NCBI RefSeq assembly: GCF_003334315.1
Contig: NZ_QOWR01000024.1
Strand: one strand, 5' to 3'
Origin: Escherichia coli
GTDB lineage: Bacteria > Pseudomonadota > Gammaproteobacteria > Enterobacterales > Enterobacteriaceae
DNA length: 64,000 nucleotides
This document shows, in pieces, positions 33,461 to 44,211 of this stretch (positions are counted from its first letter, which is position 1; each line of letters starts with the position of its first letter). Both the position numbers and the translations under genes were made by a program. The notes below the pieces were generated by a model. It searched no databases and was not told the origin of the DNA. It worked only from the letters and a program-made list of their open reading frames with translations.

Positions 33461-34578
33461 GCTTCACTCTCCTGCTGACGATACTGATACCACGCGGCGC
33501 ACGCTCCTTCGGAGGAAACCATCAGCGCACCAAACGCGGTTTGAGGATTACAGGTGTTACCAAACAGCGGGCATTGATGCGGCTTACATTTGCCCGTTAA
33601 TACCTCACCACAACGCGCGCGCGGGTCATCGCAGACCTGCTGCGGTGCCGGGCGGAAATGTGCTTCGGCATCGAATCGTTGATAATCCGGCGTCAGGTGC
33701 ACGCCAGAAGATTCAATCACGCCTAAGCCGCGCCATTCGCTGTCGCCGTTGACACAGAACACATCGGCAATCGCCTGTTGCGCCAGCAGGTTACCGGCAT
33801 CCGGTACCACTCGACGATACTGATTCTCTACCTTGCTGTGGGCCGCTATTTTCTGCTCCACCAGCATCACCACGCCTTGCAGTAGATCAAGGGGTTCGAA
33901 ACCAGCGACCACCAGCGGACGATGAAAATCGCTGGCGATAAAATTATAGGCATCAGTGCCGATAACCATACTAACGTGGCCCGGCGCGAGGAACGCGTCG
34001 ATACCGTTATCCGGCTGTTCCAGCAAACTGCGCAGCGTCGGGATAAGCGTAATGTGCTGGCAGAAGAAGTAAAAATTCTGCACATCACGCGCTTTCGCCT
34101 GTTGCAGAGTGATAGCGGTGGTCGGCATAGTGGTTTCAAAACCTAAGCCGAAGAACACCACTTTGCGGGTTGGATTCTCCTGCGCCAGTTTCAACGCATC
34201 CATCGGCGAGTAAACGATGCGCACATCGGCACCGCGTGCTTTTGCCTGCAACAGCGATCCCTGTTTCCCCGGCACGCGCATGGCGTCGCCAAAGGTACAG
34301 AAGATGACTTCCGGATGGCTGGCAATCTCCACGCAGGTGTCGATTCTACCCATCGGCAGTACGCACACCGGGCACCCCGGACCGTGGATAAACTCAACGT
34401 TTTCCGGCAGTAACTGGTCGAGGCCGAATTTAAAGATAGCGTGGGTATGACCGCCACACACTTCCATAATCCGCAGAGGGCGTTCGGCGGTGTAAGAGAG
34501 ATGTGAAGCACGTTCGCGCAGATGCTCAATTAACTGCATCACCTGTTCCGGCGCGCGATATTCATCAACAAAACGCAT
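33457..34578 (-). CDS. hypD: Hydrogenase maturation protein HypD (373 aa)
   Basis: Conserved CGXH and CPVC motifs; 4-nt overlap with hypE. Confidence 0.93.
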   Translation of the reverse strand: MRFVDEYRAPEQVMQLIEHLRERASHLSYTAERPLRIMEVCGGHTHAIFKFGLDQLLPENVEFIHGPGCPVCVLPMGRIDTCVEIASHPEVIFCTFGDAMRVPGKQGSLLQAKARGADVRIVYSPMDALKLAQENPTRKVVFFGLGFETTMPTTAITLQQAKARDVQNFYFFCQHITLIPTLRSLLEQPDNGIDAFLAPGHVSMVIGTDAYNFIASDFHRPLVVAGFEPLDLLQGVVMLVEQKIAAHSKVENQYRRVVPDAGNLLAQQAIADVFCVNGDSEWRGLGVIESSGVHLTPDYQRFDAEAHFRPAPQQVCDDPRARCGEVLTGKCKPHQCPLFGNTCNPQTAFGALMVSSEGACAAWYQYRQQESEA

Positions 34579-34850
34579 TATTTTTCCTCGCCATACAACA
34601 GCGCGCCGACATCCGGCTCAACGTCAAACATGTTTTGTAAGGCGTCGAGAGTGTCGCGTGCTTCGGCTTCATTAATTACGCTCATGGCAAAGCCAACGTG
34701 TACCAGTACCCACTGGCCCACGCGCGGCTGACCGTTTTCATCGCAGCTGCCGACTAACGTTAAATCGACATCGCGCTGAATGCCGCAGACGTCGACTTTC
34801 GCCTGGTTGCCGTCAATGGTGCGGATCTGGCCGGGAACGCCTATGCACAT
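34578..34850 (-). CDS. hypC: Hydrogenase maturation chaperone HypC (90 aa)
   Basis: Start at MCIGVPGQI (the HypC signature N-terminal Cys); the track ORF is extended 9 codons upstream. Confidence 0.9.
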   Translation of the reverse strand: MCIGVPGQIRTIDGNQAKVDVCGIQRDVDLTLVGSCDENGQPRVGQWVLVHVGFAMSVINEAEARDTLDALQNMFDVEPDVGALLYGEEK

Positions 34851-35713
34851 CGCTGTGTCTCCAGCCAGTTCAGCCACTGGTCCATCCCTTCGCCGCTGGT
34901 GGCGGAAATAAGGATGATTTCAATTTCTGGATTGACTTCGCGGGCGCAGGCGATGCACTTTTCAACGTCAAAGTTGAGATACGGCAACAGGTCAACTTTG
35001 TTGAGCAGCATCAGCGAGGCGGCGGCAAACATATGCGGATATTTCAGCGGTTTGTCTTCACCTTCGGTAACGGAAAGCACCGCCACTTTGTGTTTTTCAC
35101 CGAGATCGAAGCTGGCCGGGCATACGAGGTTGCCAACGTTTTCGATAAACAGAATACCGTTATCGTCCAGTGGCAGACGCGGTGCGGCGTCGGCAATCAT
35201 CTGTGCGTCAAGATGGCAGCCTTTACCGGTGTTCACCTGAATCGCTGGTGTGCCGGTAGCGCGAATGCGTGCGGCATCGTTCACGGTTTGCTGGTCGCCT
35301 TCAATAACTGCGCACGGAACGCTGTCTTTCAGGCGCATTAGGGTTTCCGTCAGCAGGGTGGTTTTACCGGAACCAGGGCTGGAAACCAGGTTGAGCACCA
35401 GTTGCTTGCGGGCAGCAAAGCGCGCGCGGTTGCGTTCAGCCAGACGGTTATTTTTGTCCAGCACGTCAATTTCGACTTCCAGCATCCGACGCTGGCTCAT
35501 GCCCGGTGCGTGAGTACCCGCTTCGCCATGACCGTAATGCAGGTCGCCTTCTTCAGTCTGGCTGGGGGTAAATTCAGGCGCTTTAATGCCGGTGATTTTC
35601 ATCTTCGGGCGTGCCGCCGGGGCAAATGGCGCGCTACGAAACGCGGAATGAGGGTTATGTTCATCACCCTCGATATACAGGTTGCCTTCACCGCAACCGC
35701 ATGTTGTACACAT
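34841..35713 (-). CDS. hypB: Hydrogenase nickel-incorporation GTPase HypB (290 aa)
   Basis: N-terminal [10 protein letters not shown] metal-binding motif and GTPase P-loop (GSGKTT). Confidence 0.95.
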   Translation of the reverse strand: MCTTCGCGEGNLYIEGDEHNPHSAFRSAPFAPAARPKMKITGIKAPEFTPSQTEEGDLHYGHGEAGTHAPGMSQRRMLEVEIDVLDKNNRLAERNRARFAARKQLVLNLVSSPGSGKTTLLTETLMRLKDSVPCAVIEGDQQTVNDAARIRATGTPAIQVNTGKGCHLDAQMIADAAPRLPLDDNGILFIENVGNLVCPASFDLGEKHKVAVLSVTEGEDKPLKYPHMFAAASLMLLNKVDLLPYLNFDVEKCIACAREVNPEIEIILISATSGEGMDQWLNWLETQRCA

Positions 35714-35716
35714 CGC

Positions 35717-36067
35717 TCACTCCTGGTCTATTTCTATCCGCCGAATCTGTAAACCGTCGTCTGCCACAATCTGCAGCATGTCACCATGACACTGTGGACA
35801 GCGGCGGACGCGCTGGGTCAGTAGCGTCACATACTGTTGGCATGTTTCACACCAGCATTCGGCCTCTTGTTCTTCGAGGTGCAGTTTACAACCTTCCGCC
35901 ACGCTGCCGCGGCAAACCAGATCAAAACAAAAGGCAAGAGAGCTGGTTTCGACACAAGAAAATGCGCCAATTTTGAGCCAGACCCCAGTTACGCGTTTTG
36001 CGCCGTGTTTTGCGGCCTGCTGTTCGATCAATTCCAGTGCCCGTTGGCAGAGGGTTATTTCGTGCAT
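35717..36067 (-). CDS. hypA: Hydrogenase nickel-insertion protein HypA (116 aa)
   Basis: MHEITLCQ N-terminus and CxxC...CxxC zinc site; the track ORF has a 4-codon extension. Confidence 0.93.
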   Translation of the reverse strand: MHEITLCQRALELIEQQAAKHGAKRVTGVWLKIGAFSCVETSSLAFCFDLVCRGSVAEGCKLHLEEQEAECWCETCQQYVTLLTQRVRRCPQCHGDMLQIVADDGLQIRRIEIDQE

Positions 36068-36097
36068 ATCGCCTCCCATTAACTATTGCCAGCTACA

Positions 36098-36114
36098 AGC
36101 AATAATTGTGCCAG
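36098..36114 (-). promoter_or_regulatory. Sigma-54 (-24/-12) promoter for the hyp operon
   Basis: Reverse complement reads CTGGCAC-aatta-TTGCT (GG-N10-GC spacing), about 30-45 bp upstream of hypA. Confidence 0.7.
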
Positions 36115-36129
36115 TGTTGATTATCCCTG

Positions 36130-36180
36130 CGGTGAATAATGTCGATGATGTCGAAATGACACGTCGACACGGCGACGAAA
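36130..36180. promoter_or_regulatory. Candidate FhlA upstream activating sequences between the hyp and hyc promoters
   Basis: Repeated GTCGA / CGAAAT motifs (tgtcgaaatgacacgtcgacacggcgacgaaattc) midway between the two divergent sigma-54 promoters. Confidence 0.4.
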
Positions 36181-36224
36181 TTCATCTTTAGCTTAAAAAT
36201 CTCTTTAATAACAATAAATTAAAA

Positions 36225-36241
36225 GTTGGCACAAAAAATGC
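36225..36241 (+). promoter_or_regulatory. Sigma-54 (-24/-12) promoter for the hyc operon
   Basis: TTGGCAC-aaaaa-ATGCT with GG and GC at the canonical spacing, about 40 bp upstream of hycA. Confidence 0.7.
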
Positions 36242-36278
36242 TTAAAGCTGGCATCTCTGTTAAACGGGTAACCTGACA

Positions 36279-36740
36279 ATGACTATTTGGGAAATAAGCG
36301 AGAAAGCCGATTACATCGCACAGCGGCATCGTCGCCTACAGGACCAGTGGCACATCTACTGCAATTCGCTGGTTCAGGGGATCACGTTATCGAAAGCGCG
36401 CCTGCATCACGCCATGAGCTGCGCGCCGGACAAAGAACTCTGTTTCGTCCTTTTTGAACATTTTCGCATTTACGTCACCCTGGCGGATGGCTTTAACAGC
36501 CACACCATCGAGTATTACGTCGAAACAAAAGATGGCGAAGACAAACAGCGGATTGCGCAGGCGCAACTGAGCATTGACGGCATGATTGATGGCAAGGTCA
36601 ACATCCGCGATCGCGAACAGGTTCTGGAACACTATCTCGAAAAAATCGCTGGCGTTTACGACAGCTTATACACCGCTATTGAAAACAATGTGCCGGTGAA
36701 TTTAAGCCAACTGGTAAAGGGACAAAGCCCGGCAGCATGA
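36279..36740 (+). CDS. hycA: Formate hydrogenlyase regulatory protein HycA (153 aa)
   Basis: First gene after the divergent hyp/hyc promoter region. Confidence 0.9.
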   Translation: MTIWEISEKADYIAQRHRRLQDQWHIYCNSLVQGITLSKARLHHAMSCAPDKELCFVLFEHFRIYVTLADGFNSHTIEYYVETKDGEDKQRIAQAQLSIDGMIDGKVNIRDREQVLEHYLEKIAGVYDSLYTAIENNVPVNLSQLVKGQSPAA

Positions 36741-36864
36741 GCTGAGGCTTTGCCCGTTTTGCAGGCGTTACGCCTGTTTGGGGATGGGCGTGTCGATGAG
36801 TGTCGAAAATGACATTTCATCGGCATGTTTTCGTCAAAAATGACAATCACCTGAGGAATGCCTG

Positions 36865-37476
36865 GTGAATCGTTTTGTAATTGCTGACTCCACGCTCTGT
36901 ATCGGCTGCCACACTTGTGAGGCCGCCTGTTCAGAGACGCATCGCCAGCACGGCCTGCAATCAATGCCGCGCCTGAGAGTGATGCTGAATGAAAAAGAAT
37001 CTGCGCCGCAGCTCTGTCACCACTGTGAAGATGCACCCTGCGCGGTGGTCTGCCCGGTTAACGCCATCACCCGCGTTGATGGGGCCGTGCAGTTGAATGA
37101 AAGCCTGTGCGTAAGCTGCAAGCTGTGCGGCATCGCCTGCCCGTTTGGCGCAATTGAATTTTCCGGCAGCCGTCCGCTGGATATTCCGGCAAACGCCAAT
37201 ACCCCGAAAGCGCCACCGGCACCGCCTGCTCCGGCGCGTGTCAGCACATTGCTTGACTGGGTGCCAGGTATTCGCGCGATCGCCGTCAAATGTGACCTTT
37301 GTAGCTTTGATGAACAAGGTCCGGCCTGCGTGCGGATGTGCCCGACTAAAGCCCTGCATCTGGTGGATAACACTGATATCGCCCGCGTCAGCAAACGTAA
37401 GCGTGAGCTGACTTTTAACACGGACTTTGGCGATCTCACCTTGTTTCAGCAGGCTCAAAGTGGAGAGGCTAAATGA
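36865..37476 (+). CDS. hycB: FHL complex 4Fe-4S ferredoxin-type subunit HycB (203 aa)
   Basis: Multiple CxxCxxCxxxCP ferredoxin motifs. Confidence 0.95.
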   Translation: MNRFVIADSTLCIGCHTCEAACSETHRQHGLQSMPRLRVMLNEKESAPQLCHHCEDAPCAVVCPVNAITRVDGAVQLNESLCVSCKLCGIACPFGAIEFSGSRPLDIPANANTPKAPPAPPAPARVSTLLDWVPGIRAIAVKCDLCSFDEQGPACVRMCPTKALHLVDNTDIARVSKRKRELTFNTDFGDLTLFQQAQSGEAK

Positions 37477-39299
37477 GCGCAATTTCCCTGATCAATAGCG
37501 GCGTGGCGTGGTTTGTCGCCGCCGCTGTTCTGGCATTTCTCTTTTCTTTTCAAAAAGCGTTAAGTGGCTGGATAGCTGGAATTGGCGGCGCGGTTGGTAG
37601 TCTGTATACGGCAGCCGCGGGCTTCACTGTACTGACTGGCGCGGTTGGCGTGAGCGGTGCGCTGTCGCTGGTAAGCTACGATGTGCAAATTTCTCCGCTT
37701 AACGCGATTTGGCTGATTACGCTCGGTCTGTGCGGTCTGTTTGTCAGCCTCTACAACATTGACTGGCATCGCCACGCGCAGGTGAAGTGCAACGGCTTGC
37801 AGATCAATATGTTGATGGCTGCCGCCGTCTGCGCCGTCATTGCCAGCAACCTCGGCATGTTCGTGGTAATGGCCGAAATCATGGCCCTGTGCGCGGTGTT
37901 CCTCACCAGCAACAGCAAAGAGGGCAAACTGTGGTTTGCGCTGGGGCGTCTTGGCACTCTGCTGCTGGCGATTGCTTGCTGGCTGCTGTGGCAGCGTTAT
38001 GGCACGCTGGATCTGCGCCTGCTGGATATGCGTATGCAACAGCTGCCGCTCGGTTCCGATATCTGGCTGCTCGGTGTGATTGGCTTTGGCCTGCTGGCCG
38101 GGATTATTCCGCTGCACGGCTGGGTGCCGCAGGCACATGCTAACGCCTCTGCGCCAGCTGCCGCGTTGTTTTCTACGGTAGTCATGAAAATTGGCCTGCT
38201 GGGCATTTTAACCCTGTCACTGCTGGGCGGTAATGCACCGCTGTGGTGGGGGATCGCGCTGCTGGTGCTCGGCATGATCACCGCGTTCGTCGGTGGTCTG
38301 TATGCGTTGATGGAACACAACATCCAGCGCCTGCTGGCTTACCACACCCTGGAAAATATCGGCATTATCCTGCTGGGGCTGGGCGCTGGCGTAACGGGTA
38401 TCGCGCTCGAACAACCGGCACTGATTGCTCTTGGCCTGGTCGGTGGTCTGTACCATCTGCTTAACCATAGCCTGTTCAAAAGCGTACTGTTCCTCGGAGC
38501 GGGGAGCATCTGGTTCCGTACCGGTCATCGCGATATCGAAAAACTCGGTGGTATTGGCAAGAAAATGCCGGTTATCTCCATCGCCATGTTAGTCGGGCTG
38601 ATGGCAATGGCTGCGCTGCCGCCGCTGAATGGTTTTGCCGGGGAATGGGTTATCTATCAATCCTTCTTCAAACTGAGCAATAGTGGCGCGTTTGTTGCCC
38701 GTCTGCTGGGGCCGCTGCTCGCCGTGGGTCTGGCAATTACCGGTGCGCTGGCGGTGATGTGTATGGCGAAAGTCTATGGCGTCACGTTCCTCGGCGCGCC
38801 GCGTACCAAAGAAGCCGAAAACGCCACCTGTGCACCGCTCCTGATGAGCGTAAGCGTAGTGGCACTGGCGATTTGCTGCGTAATTGGCGGTGTTGCTGCG
38901 CCGTGGCTGCTGCCGATGCTGTCTGCTGCTGTACCTCTGCCGCTGGAGCCTGCTAACACCACCGTTTCTCAACCGATGATCACGTTGCTGCTGATTGCCT
39001 GCCCGCTGCTGCCATTCATCATTATGGCGATTTGCAAAGGCGATCGTTTGCCATCGCGTTCCCGCGGCGCGGCCTGGGTGTGCGGCTACGACCACGAAAA
39101 ATCAATGGTGATTACCGCTCACGGTTTTGCCATGCCGGTGAAACAGGCGTTTGCGCCAGTGCTGAAACTGCGCAAATGGCTGAATCCGGTGTCGCTGGTG
39201 CCGGGCTGGCAGTGCGAAGGTAGTGCGTTGCTGTTCCGCCGGATGGCGCTGGTTGAACTGGCGGTACTGGTGGTGATTATTGTTTCACGAGGAGCCTGA
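37473..39299 (+). CDS. hycC: FHL complex membrane subunit HycC (NuoL/antiporter-like, 608 aa)
   Basis: Polytopic hydrophobic protein; 4-nt overlap with hycB. Confidence 0.95.
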   Translation: MSAISLINSGVAWFVAAAVLAFLFSFQKALSGWIAGIGGAVGSLYTAAAGFTVLTGAVGVSGALSLVSYDVQISPLNAIWLITLGLCGLFVSLYNIDWHRHAQVKCNGLQINMLMAAAVCAVIASNLGMFVVMAEIMALCAVFLTSNSKEGKLWFALGRLGTLLLAIACWLLWQRYGTLDLRLLDMRMQQLPLGSDIWLLGVIGFGLLAGIIPLHGWVPQAHANASAPAAALFSTVVMKIGLLGILTLSLLGGNAPLWWGIALLVLGMITAFVGGLYALMEHNIQRLLAYHTLENIGIILLGLGAGVTGIALEQPALIALGLVGGLYHLLNHSLFKSVLFLGAGSIWFRTGHRDIEKLGGIGKKMPVISIAMLVGLMAMAALPPLNGFAGEWVIYQSFFKLSNSGAFVARLLGPLLAVGLAITGALAVMCMAKVYGVTFLGAPRTKEAENATCAPLLMSVSVVALAICCVIGGVAAPWLLPMLSAAVPLPLEPANTTVSQPMITLLLIACPLLPFIIMAICKGDRLPSRSRGAAWVCGYDHEKSMVITAHGFAMPVKQAFAPVLKLRKWLNPVSLVPGWQCEGSALLFRRMALVELAVLVVIIVSRGA

Positions 39300-39301
39300 G
39301 A

Positions 39302-40225
39302 ATGAGTGTTTTATATCCGTTAATTCAGGCGCTGGTGTTATTTGCCGTTGCGCCGCTGCTCTCCGGTATTACCCGCGTGGCGCGCGCCCGTCTGCATAAC
39401 CGTCGTGGGCCGGGTGTGTTGCAGGAGTATCGTGACATTTTCAAACTGCTGGGCCGCCAGAGCGTTGGCCCGGATGCCTCCGGCTGGGTGTTCCGCCTGA
39501 CGCCGTATGTGATGGTGGGCGTCATGCTGACTATCGCTACTGCGCTGCCGGTGGTGACCGTCGGTTCTCCGCTGCCGCAACTGGGTGATTTGATCACCTT
39601 ACTGTATCTCTTTGCCATCGCGCGTTTCTTCTTTGCCATTTCTGGTCTGGATACCGGTAGCCCGTTTACCGCTATCGGCGCGAGCCGTGAAGCGATGCTT
39701 GGCGTGCTGGTCGAACCGATGCTGCTGCTTGGTCTGTGGGTTGCCGCACAGGTTGCCGGTTCCACCAACATCAGCAACATCACCGACACCGTTTATCACT
39801 GGCCGCTGAGCCAGAGCATCCCGCTGGTACTGGCGCTTTGTGCCTGTGCGTTCGCCACCTTTATCGAAATGGGCAAACTGCCGTTCGACCTGGCGGAAGC
39901 CGAGCAGGAGCTGCAGGAAGGCCCGCTCTCTGAATACAGCGGCAGCGGCTTTGGCGTCATGAAATGGGGTATCAGCCTGAAACAGCTGGTGGTGTTGCAG
40001 ATGTTCGTCGGGGTGTTTATTCCGTGGGGACAAATGGAAACCTTCACCGCCGGTGGACTGCTGCTGGCGCTGGTGATTGCCATCGTAAAACTGGTGGTCG
40101 GCGTCCTGGTTATCGCGCTGTTCGAAAACAGCATGGCCCGTCTGCGTCTTGATATTACTCCGCGCATTACCTGGGCTGGGTTTGGCTTTGCATTTTTAGC
40201 GTTCGTCTCCTTGCTGGCGGCGTGA
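39302..40225 (+). CDS. hycD: FHL complex membrane subunit HycD (NuoH-like, 307 aa)
   Basis: Hydrophobic, NuoH-like; operon position. Confidence 0.95.
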   Translation: MSVLYPLIQALVLFAVAPLLSGITRVARARLHNRRGPGVLQEYRDIFKLLGRQSVGPDASGWVFRLTPYVMVGVMLTIATALPVVTVGSPLPQLGDLITLLYLFAIARFFFAISGLDTGSPFTAIGASREAMLGVLVEPMLLLGLWVAAQVAGSTNISNITDTVYHWPLSQSIPLVLALCACAFATFIEMGKLPFDLAEAEQELQEGPLSEYSGSGFGVMKWGISLKQLVVLQMFVGVFIPWGQMETFTAGGLLLALVIAIVKLVVGVLVIALFENSMARLRLDITPRITWAGFGFAFLAFVSLLAA

Positions 40226-40242
40226 TTAAAGAGAGTTTGAGC

Positions 40243-41952
40243 ATGTCTGAAGAAAAATTAGGTCAACATTATCTCGCCGCGCTGAATGAGGCATTTCCGG
40301 GCGTCGTGCTGGACCACGCCTGGCAGACCAAAGATCAGCTGACTGTCACCGTAAAGGTGAACTACCTGCCGGAAGTGGTGGAGTTTCTTTACTACAAACA
40401 GGGTGGCTGGCTGTCGGTGCTGTTTGGTAACGACGAACGCAAACTGAATGGTCATTACGCCGTTTACTACGTACTGTCGATGGAGAAGGGCACTAAGTGT
40501 TGGATTACGGTTCGCGTCGAAGTTGACGCCAACAAACCGGAATATCCGTCCGTGACGCCGCGCGTTCCGGCGGCGGTGTGGGGCGAGCGTGAAGTGCGCG
40601 ATATGTACGGTTTGATTCCGGTTGGTCTGCCGGATGAACGTCGTCTGGTGCTGCCGGATGACTGGCCGGATGAACTTTATCCGCTGCGTAAAGACAGCAT
40701 GGATTATCGTCAGCGTCCGGCACCGACCACCGATGCTGAAACCTACGAGTTCATCAACGAACTGGGCGACAAGAAAAACAACGTCGTGCCGATTGGTCCG
40801 CTGCACGTCACTTCTGATGAACCGGGCCACTTCCGTCTGTTCGTCGATGGCGAAAACATTATCGACGCCGACTACCGTCTGTTCTACGTCCATCGCGGCA
40901 TGGAAAAACTGGCGGAAACCCGTATGGGTTATAACGAAGTGACCTTCCTCTCTGACCGTGTGTGCGGGATCTGCGGCTTTGCCCACAGCACCGCCTACAC
41001 CACGTCGGTGGAAAACGCGATGGGGATTCAGGTGCCAGAACGTGCGCAGATGATCCGCGCCATTCTGCTGGAGGTAGAACGCTTGCACTCGCATCTGCTC
41101 AACCTTGGCCTGGCCTGTCACTTTACCGGCTTCGACTCCGGCTTTATGCAGTTCTTCCGCGTGCGTGAAACCTCCATGAAAATGGCAGAGATCCTTACCG
41201 GTGCGCGTAAAACCTACGGCCTGAACTTGATCGGCGGGATTCGTCGCGATCTGCTGAAAGACGACATGATCCAGACCCGCCAGCTGGCACAACAGATGCG
41301 TCGTGAAGTGCAGGAGCTGGTGGATGTGCTGCTGAGCACTCCGAACATGGAACAGCGCACTGTCGGCATTGGTCGTCTGGACCCGGAAATCGCTCGCGAC
41401 TTCAGTAACGTCGGCCCGATGGTCCGTGCCAGCGGTCACGCCCGTGATACCCGCGCCGATCACCCGTTTGTCGGCTATGGCCTGCTGCCAATGGAAGTCC
41501 ACAGCGAGCAGGGCTGCGACGTTATTTCCCGTCTGAAAGTGCGTATCAACGAAGTCTATACCGCGCTGAACATGATCGACTACGGTCTGGATAACCTGCC
41601 GGGTGGCCCACTGATGGTGGAAGGCTTTACCTACATTCCGCACCGCTTTGCGCTGGGCTTTGCCGAAGCGCCGCGCGGCGATGATATCCACTGGAGCATG
41701 ACCGGCGACAACCAGAAGCTGTACCGCTGGCGCTGCCGTGCCGCGACCTACGCGAACTGGCCGACCCTGCGCTACATGCTGCGCGGCAACACCGTTTCCG
41801 ATGCGCCGCTGATTATCGGTAGCCTCGACCCTTGCTACTCCTGTACCGACCGCATGACCGTGGTCGATGTGCGTAAGAAGAAGAGCAAAGTGGTGCCGTA
41901 CAAAGAACTCGAGCGTTACAGCATTGAGCGTAAAAACTCGCCGCTGAAATAA
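40243..41952 (+). CDS. hycE: Hydrogenase 3 [NiFe] large subunit HycE (569 aa)
   Basis: N-terminus MSEEKLGQHY, N-terminal RxCGxCxxxH and C-terminal DPCxxCxxR Ni-Fe ligand motifs; start at the ATG at 40243 (the track begins at 40222). Confidence 0.95.
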   Translation: MSEEKLGQHYLAALNEAFPGVVLDHAWQTKDQLTVTVKVNYLPEVVEFLYYKQGGWLSVLFGNDERKLNGHYAVYYVLSMEKGTKCWITVRVEVDANKPEYPSVTPRVPAAVWGEREVRDMYGLIPVGLPDERRLVLPDDWPDELYPLRKDSMDYRQRPAPTTDAETYEFINELGDKKNNVVPIGPLHVTSDEPGHFRLFVDGENIIDADYRLFYVHRGMEKLAETRMGYNEVTFLSDRVCGICGFAHSTAYTTSVENAMGIQVPERAQMIRAILLEVERLHSHLLNLGLACHFTGFDSGFMQFFRVRETSMKMAEILTGARKTYGLNLIGGIRRDLLKDDMIQTRQLAQQMRREVQELVDVLLSTPNMEQRTVGIGRLDPEIARDFSNVGPMVRASGHARDTRADHPFVGYGLLPMEVHSEQGCDVISRLKVRINEVYTALNMIDYGLDNLPGGPLMVEGFTYIPHRFALGFAEAPRGDDIHWSMTGDNQKLYRWRCRAATYANWPTLRYMLRGNTVSDAPLIIGSLDPCYSCTDRMTVVDVRKKKSKVVPYKELERYSIERKNSPLK

Positions 41953-41961
41953 GGAATCGCC

Positions 41962-42504
41962 ATGTTTACCTTTATCAAAAAAGTCATCAAAACCGGCACG
42001 GCGACCTCGTCTTATCCGCTGGAGCCGATTGCGGTTGATAAAAACTTCCGTGGTAAGCCAGAGCAGAACCCGCAGCAGTGCATCGGCTGCGCGGCCTGCG
42101 TCAATGCCTGCCCGTCAAACGCCTTAACGGTTGAAACTGACCTCGCCACAGGAGAGCTTGCCTGGGAGTTTAATCTTGGGCGCTGCATCTTCTGTGGACG
42201 CTGCGAAGAAGTCTGCCCGACGGCGGCGATCAAACTGTCGCAAGAGTACGAACTGGCGGTGTGGAAGAAAGAAGACTTCCTGCAACAGTCCCGCTTCGCG
42301 CTGTGCAACTGCCGCGTCTGCAATCGTCCTTTCGCCGTCCAGAAAGAGATCGACTACGCCATTGCGCTGCTTAAGCACAACGGCGACAGCCGCGCGGAAA
42401 ACCACCGCGAAAGCTTTGAGACTTGCCCGGAATGTAAGCGCCAGAAATGCCTGGTGCCGTCCGACCGTATTGAACTGACTCGCCATATGAAAGAGGCCAT
42501 CTGA
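41962..42504 (+). CDS. hycF: FHL complex 4Fe-4S subunit HycF (180 aa)
   Basis: Two CxxCxxCxxxCP motifs. Confidence 0.95.
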   Translation: MFTFIKKVIKTGTATSSYPLEPIAVDKNFRGKPEQNPQQCIGCAACVNACPSNALTVETDLATGELAWEFNLGRCIFCGRCEEVCPTAAIKLSQEYELAVWKKEDFLQQSRFALCNCRVCNRPFAVQKEIDYAIALLKHNGDSRAENHRESFETCPECKRQKCLVPSDRIELTRHMKEAI

Positions 42505-43271
42505 TGAGCAATTTATTAGGCCCCCGTGACGCCAACGGCATTCCGGTCCCCATGACGGTGGATGAATCCATCGCCAGCATGAAGGCGTCGTTACTGAAAA
42601 AAATCAAACGTTCTGCCTATGTTTACCGCGTGGACTGCGGCGGCTGCAACGGTTGCGAAATCGAAATTTTCGCCACTTTATCGCCGCTGTTTGATGCAGA
42701 ACGCTTCGGCATTAAAGTCGTTCCTTCACCGCGTCATGCGGATATTTTACTGTTTACCGGCGCGGTCACCCGTGCAATGCGATCCCCTGCGCTGCGTGCG
42801 TGGCAGTCCGCGCCGGACCCGAAAATTTGTATCTCCTACGGTGCCTGCGGTAACAGCGGCGGGATCTTCCACGATCTCTACTGCGTGTGGGGCGGTACGG
42901 ATAAAATTGTCCCTGTGGATGTTTATATCCCTGGCTGCCCGCCAACGCCTGCCGCCACGCTGTACGGCTTTGCAATGGCGCTCGGCCTGCTGGAGCAGAA
43001 AATTCACGCCCGTGGGCCGGGTGAACTGGATGAACAACCGGCGGAGATCCTGCATGGCGATATGGTGCAGCCGCTGCGCGTGAAAGTGGATCGCGAAGCA
43101 CGTCGCCTGGCGGGTTATCGTTACGGTCGTCAGATTGCCGATGATTACCTTACACAGTTAGGGCAGGGCGAAGAACAGGTTGCACGCTGGCTGGAAGCGG
43201 AAAACGATCCGCGTCTGAACGAGATTGTCAGCCATCTGAATCATGTTGTTGAAGAGGCGCGTATCCGATGA
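42504..43271 (+). CDS. hycG: Hydrogenase 3 small subunit HycG (NuoB-like, 255 aa)
   Basis: NuoB-like Cys motifs (CGGCNGC, GCPP). Confidence 0.95.
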
Positions 43272-43678
43272 GTGAAAAGGTGGTGTTCAGTCAACTGAGC
43301 CGTAAATTTATTGATGAGAACGATGCCACGCCCGCCGAGGCGCAGCAGGTGGTCTATTACAGCCTGGCGATTGGTCACCACCTTGGGGTTATCGATTGCC
43401 TGGAAGCGGCGCTCACCTGCCCGTGGGATGAATATCTGGCATGGATTGCCACTCTGGAGGCAGGCAGTGAAGCCCGCCGCAAAATGGAAGGCGTGCCGAA
43501 ATATGGTGAGATCGTCATCGACATTAACCATGTGCCGATGCTGGCCAACGCATTCGATAAAGCCCGGGCAGCGCAAACTTCGCAGCAGCAGGAATGGAGT
43601 ACAATGCTGTTAAGTATGCTGCATGATATTCATCAGGAAAACGCCATCTATTTGATGGTGAGGAGACTGCGTGACTGA
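43268..43678 (+). CDS. hycH: FHL maturation protein HycH (136 aa)
   Basis: Conserved position; 4-nt overlap with hycG. Confidence 0.9.
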   Translation: MSEKVVFSQLSRKFIDENDATPAEAQQVVYYSLAIGHHLGVIDCLEAALTCPWDEYLAWIATLEAGSEARRKMEGVPKYGEIVIDINHVPMLANAFDKARAAQTSQQQEWSTMLLSMLHDIHQENAIYLMVRRLRD

Positions 43679-44141
43679 CGTTTTACTCTGTGTTGGCAAT
43701 AGCATGATGGGCGATGATGGCGCAGGTCCGCTGCTGGCGGAAAAGTGCGCCGCCGCGCCGAAAGGTAACTGGGTGGTGATTGACGGCGGTAGCGCACCGG
43801 AAAACGACATCGTCGCTATCCGTGAACTGCGCCCGACACGACTGCTGATTGTCGACGCCACGGATATGGGGCTAAACCCCGGCGAGATCCGCATCATCGA
43901 CCCGGATGATATCGCCGAGATGTTTATGATGACTACCCATAACATGCCGTTGAATTACCTTATCGACCAGTTGAAAGAAGATATTGGCGAAGTGATTTTC
44001 CTCGGCATTCAGCCGGATATCGTCGGCTTTTACTACCCGATGACCCAGCCGATTAAAGATGCGGTAGAAACCGTTTATCAACGACTGGAAGGCTGGGAAG
44101 GAAATGGCGGCTTCGCGCAGTTAGCGGTGGAAGAAGAGTAG
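43671..44141 (+). CDS. hycI: Hydrogenase 3 maturation endopeptidase HycI (156 aa)
   Basis: N-terminus [20 protein letters not shown] is typical of hydrogenase maturation proteases. Confidence 0.93.
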   Translation: MTDVLLCVGNSMMGDDGAGPLLAEKCAAAPKGNWVVIDGGSAPENDIVAIRELRPTRLLIVDATDMGLNPGEIRIIDPDDIAEMFMMTTHNMPLNYLIDQLKEDIGEVIFLGIQPDIVGFYYPMTQPIKDAVETVYQRLEGWEGNGGFAQLAVEEE

Positions 44142-44211
44142 TTTTTCATTAAGGAATCAGGACAGGGATGTTCTTGATGGGGTGAACCAGCTCTGATGCC
44201 AAATGCTAAAT

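Noticed and set aside
40258-41691. Long 477-aa antisense ORF inside hycE, and similar long antisense ORFs inside mutS, cas3, ascF and hycC
   Set aside because: They are entirely embedded opposite well-conserved genes in GC-rich coding sequence and have low-complexity R/H/V/Q-rich translations with no recognisable domains; consistent with stop-codon depletion on the antisense strand rather than real genes.
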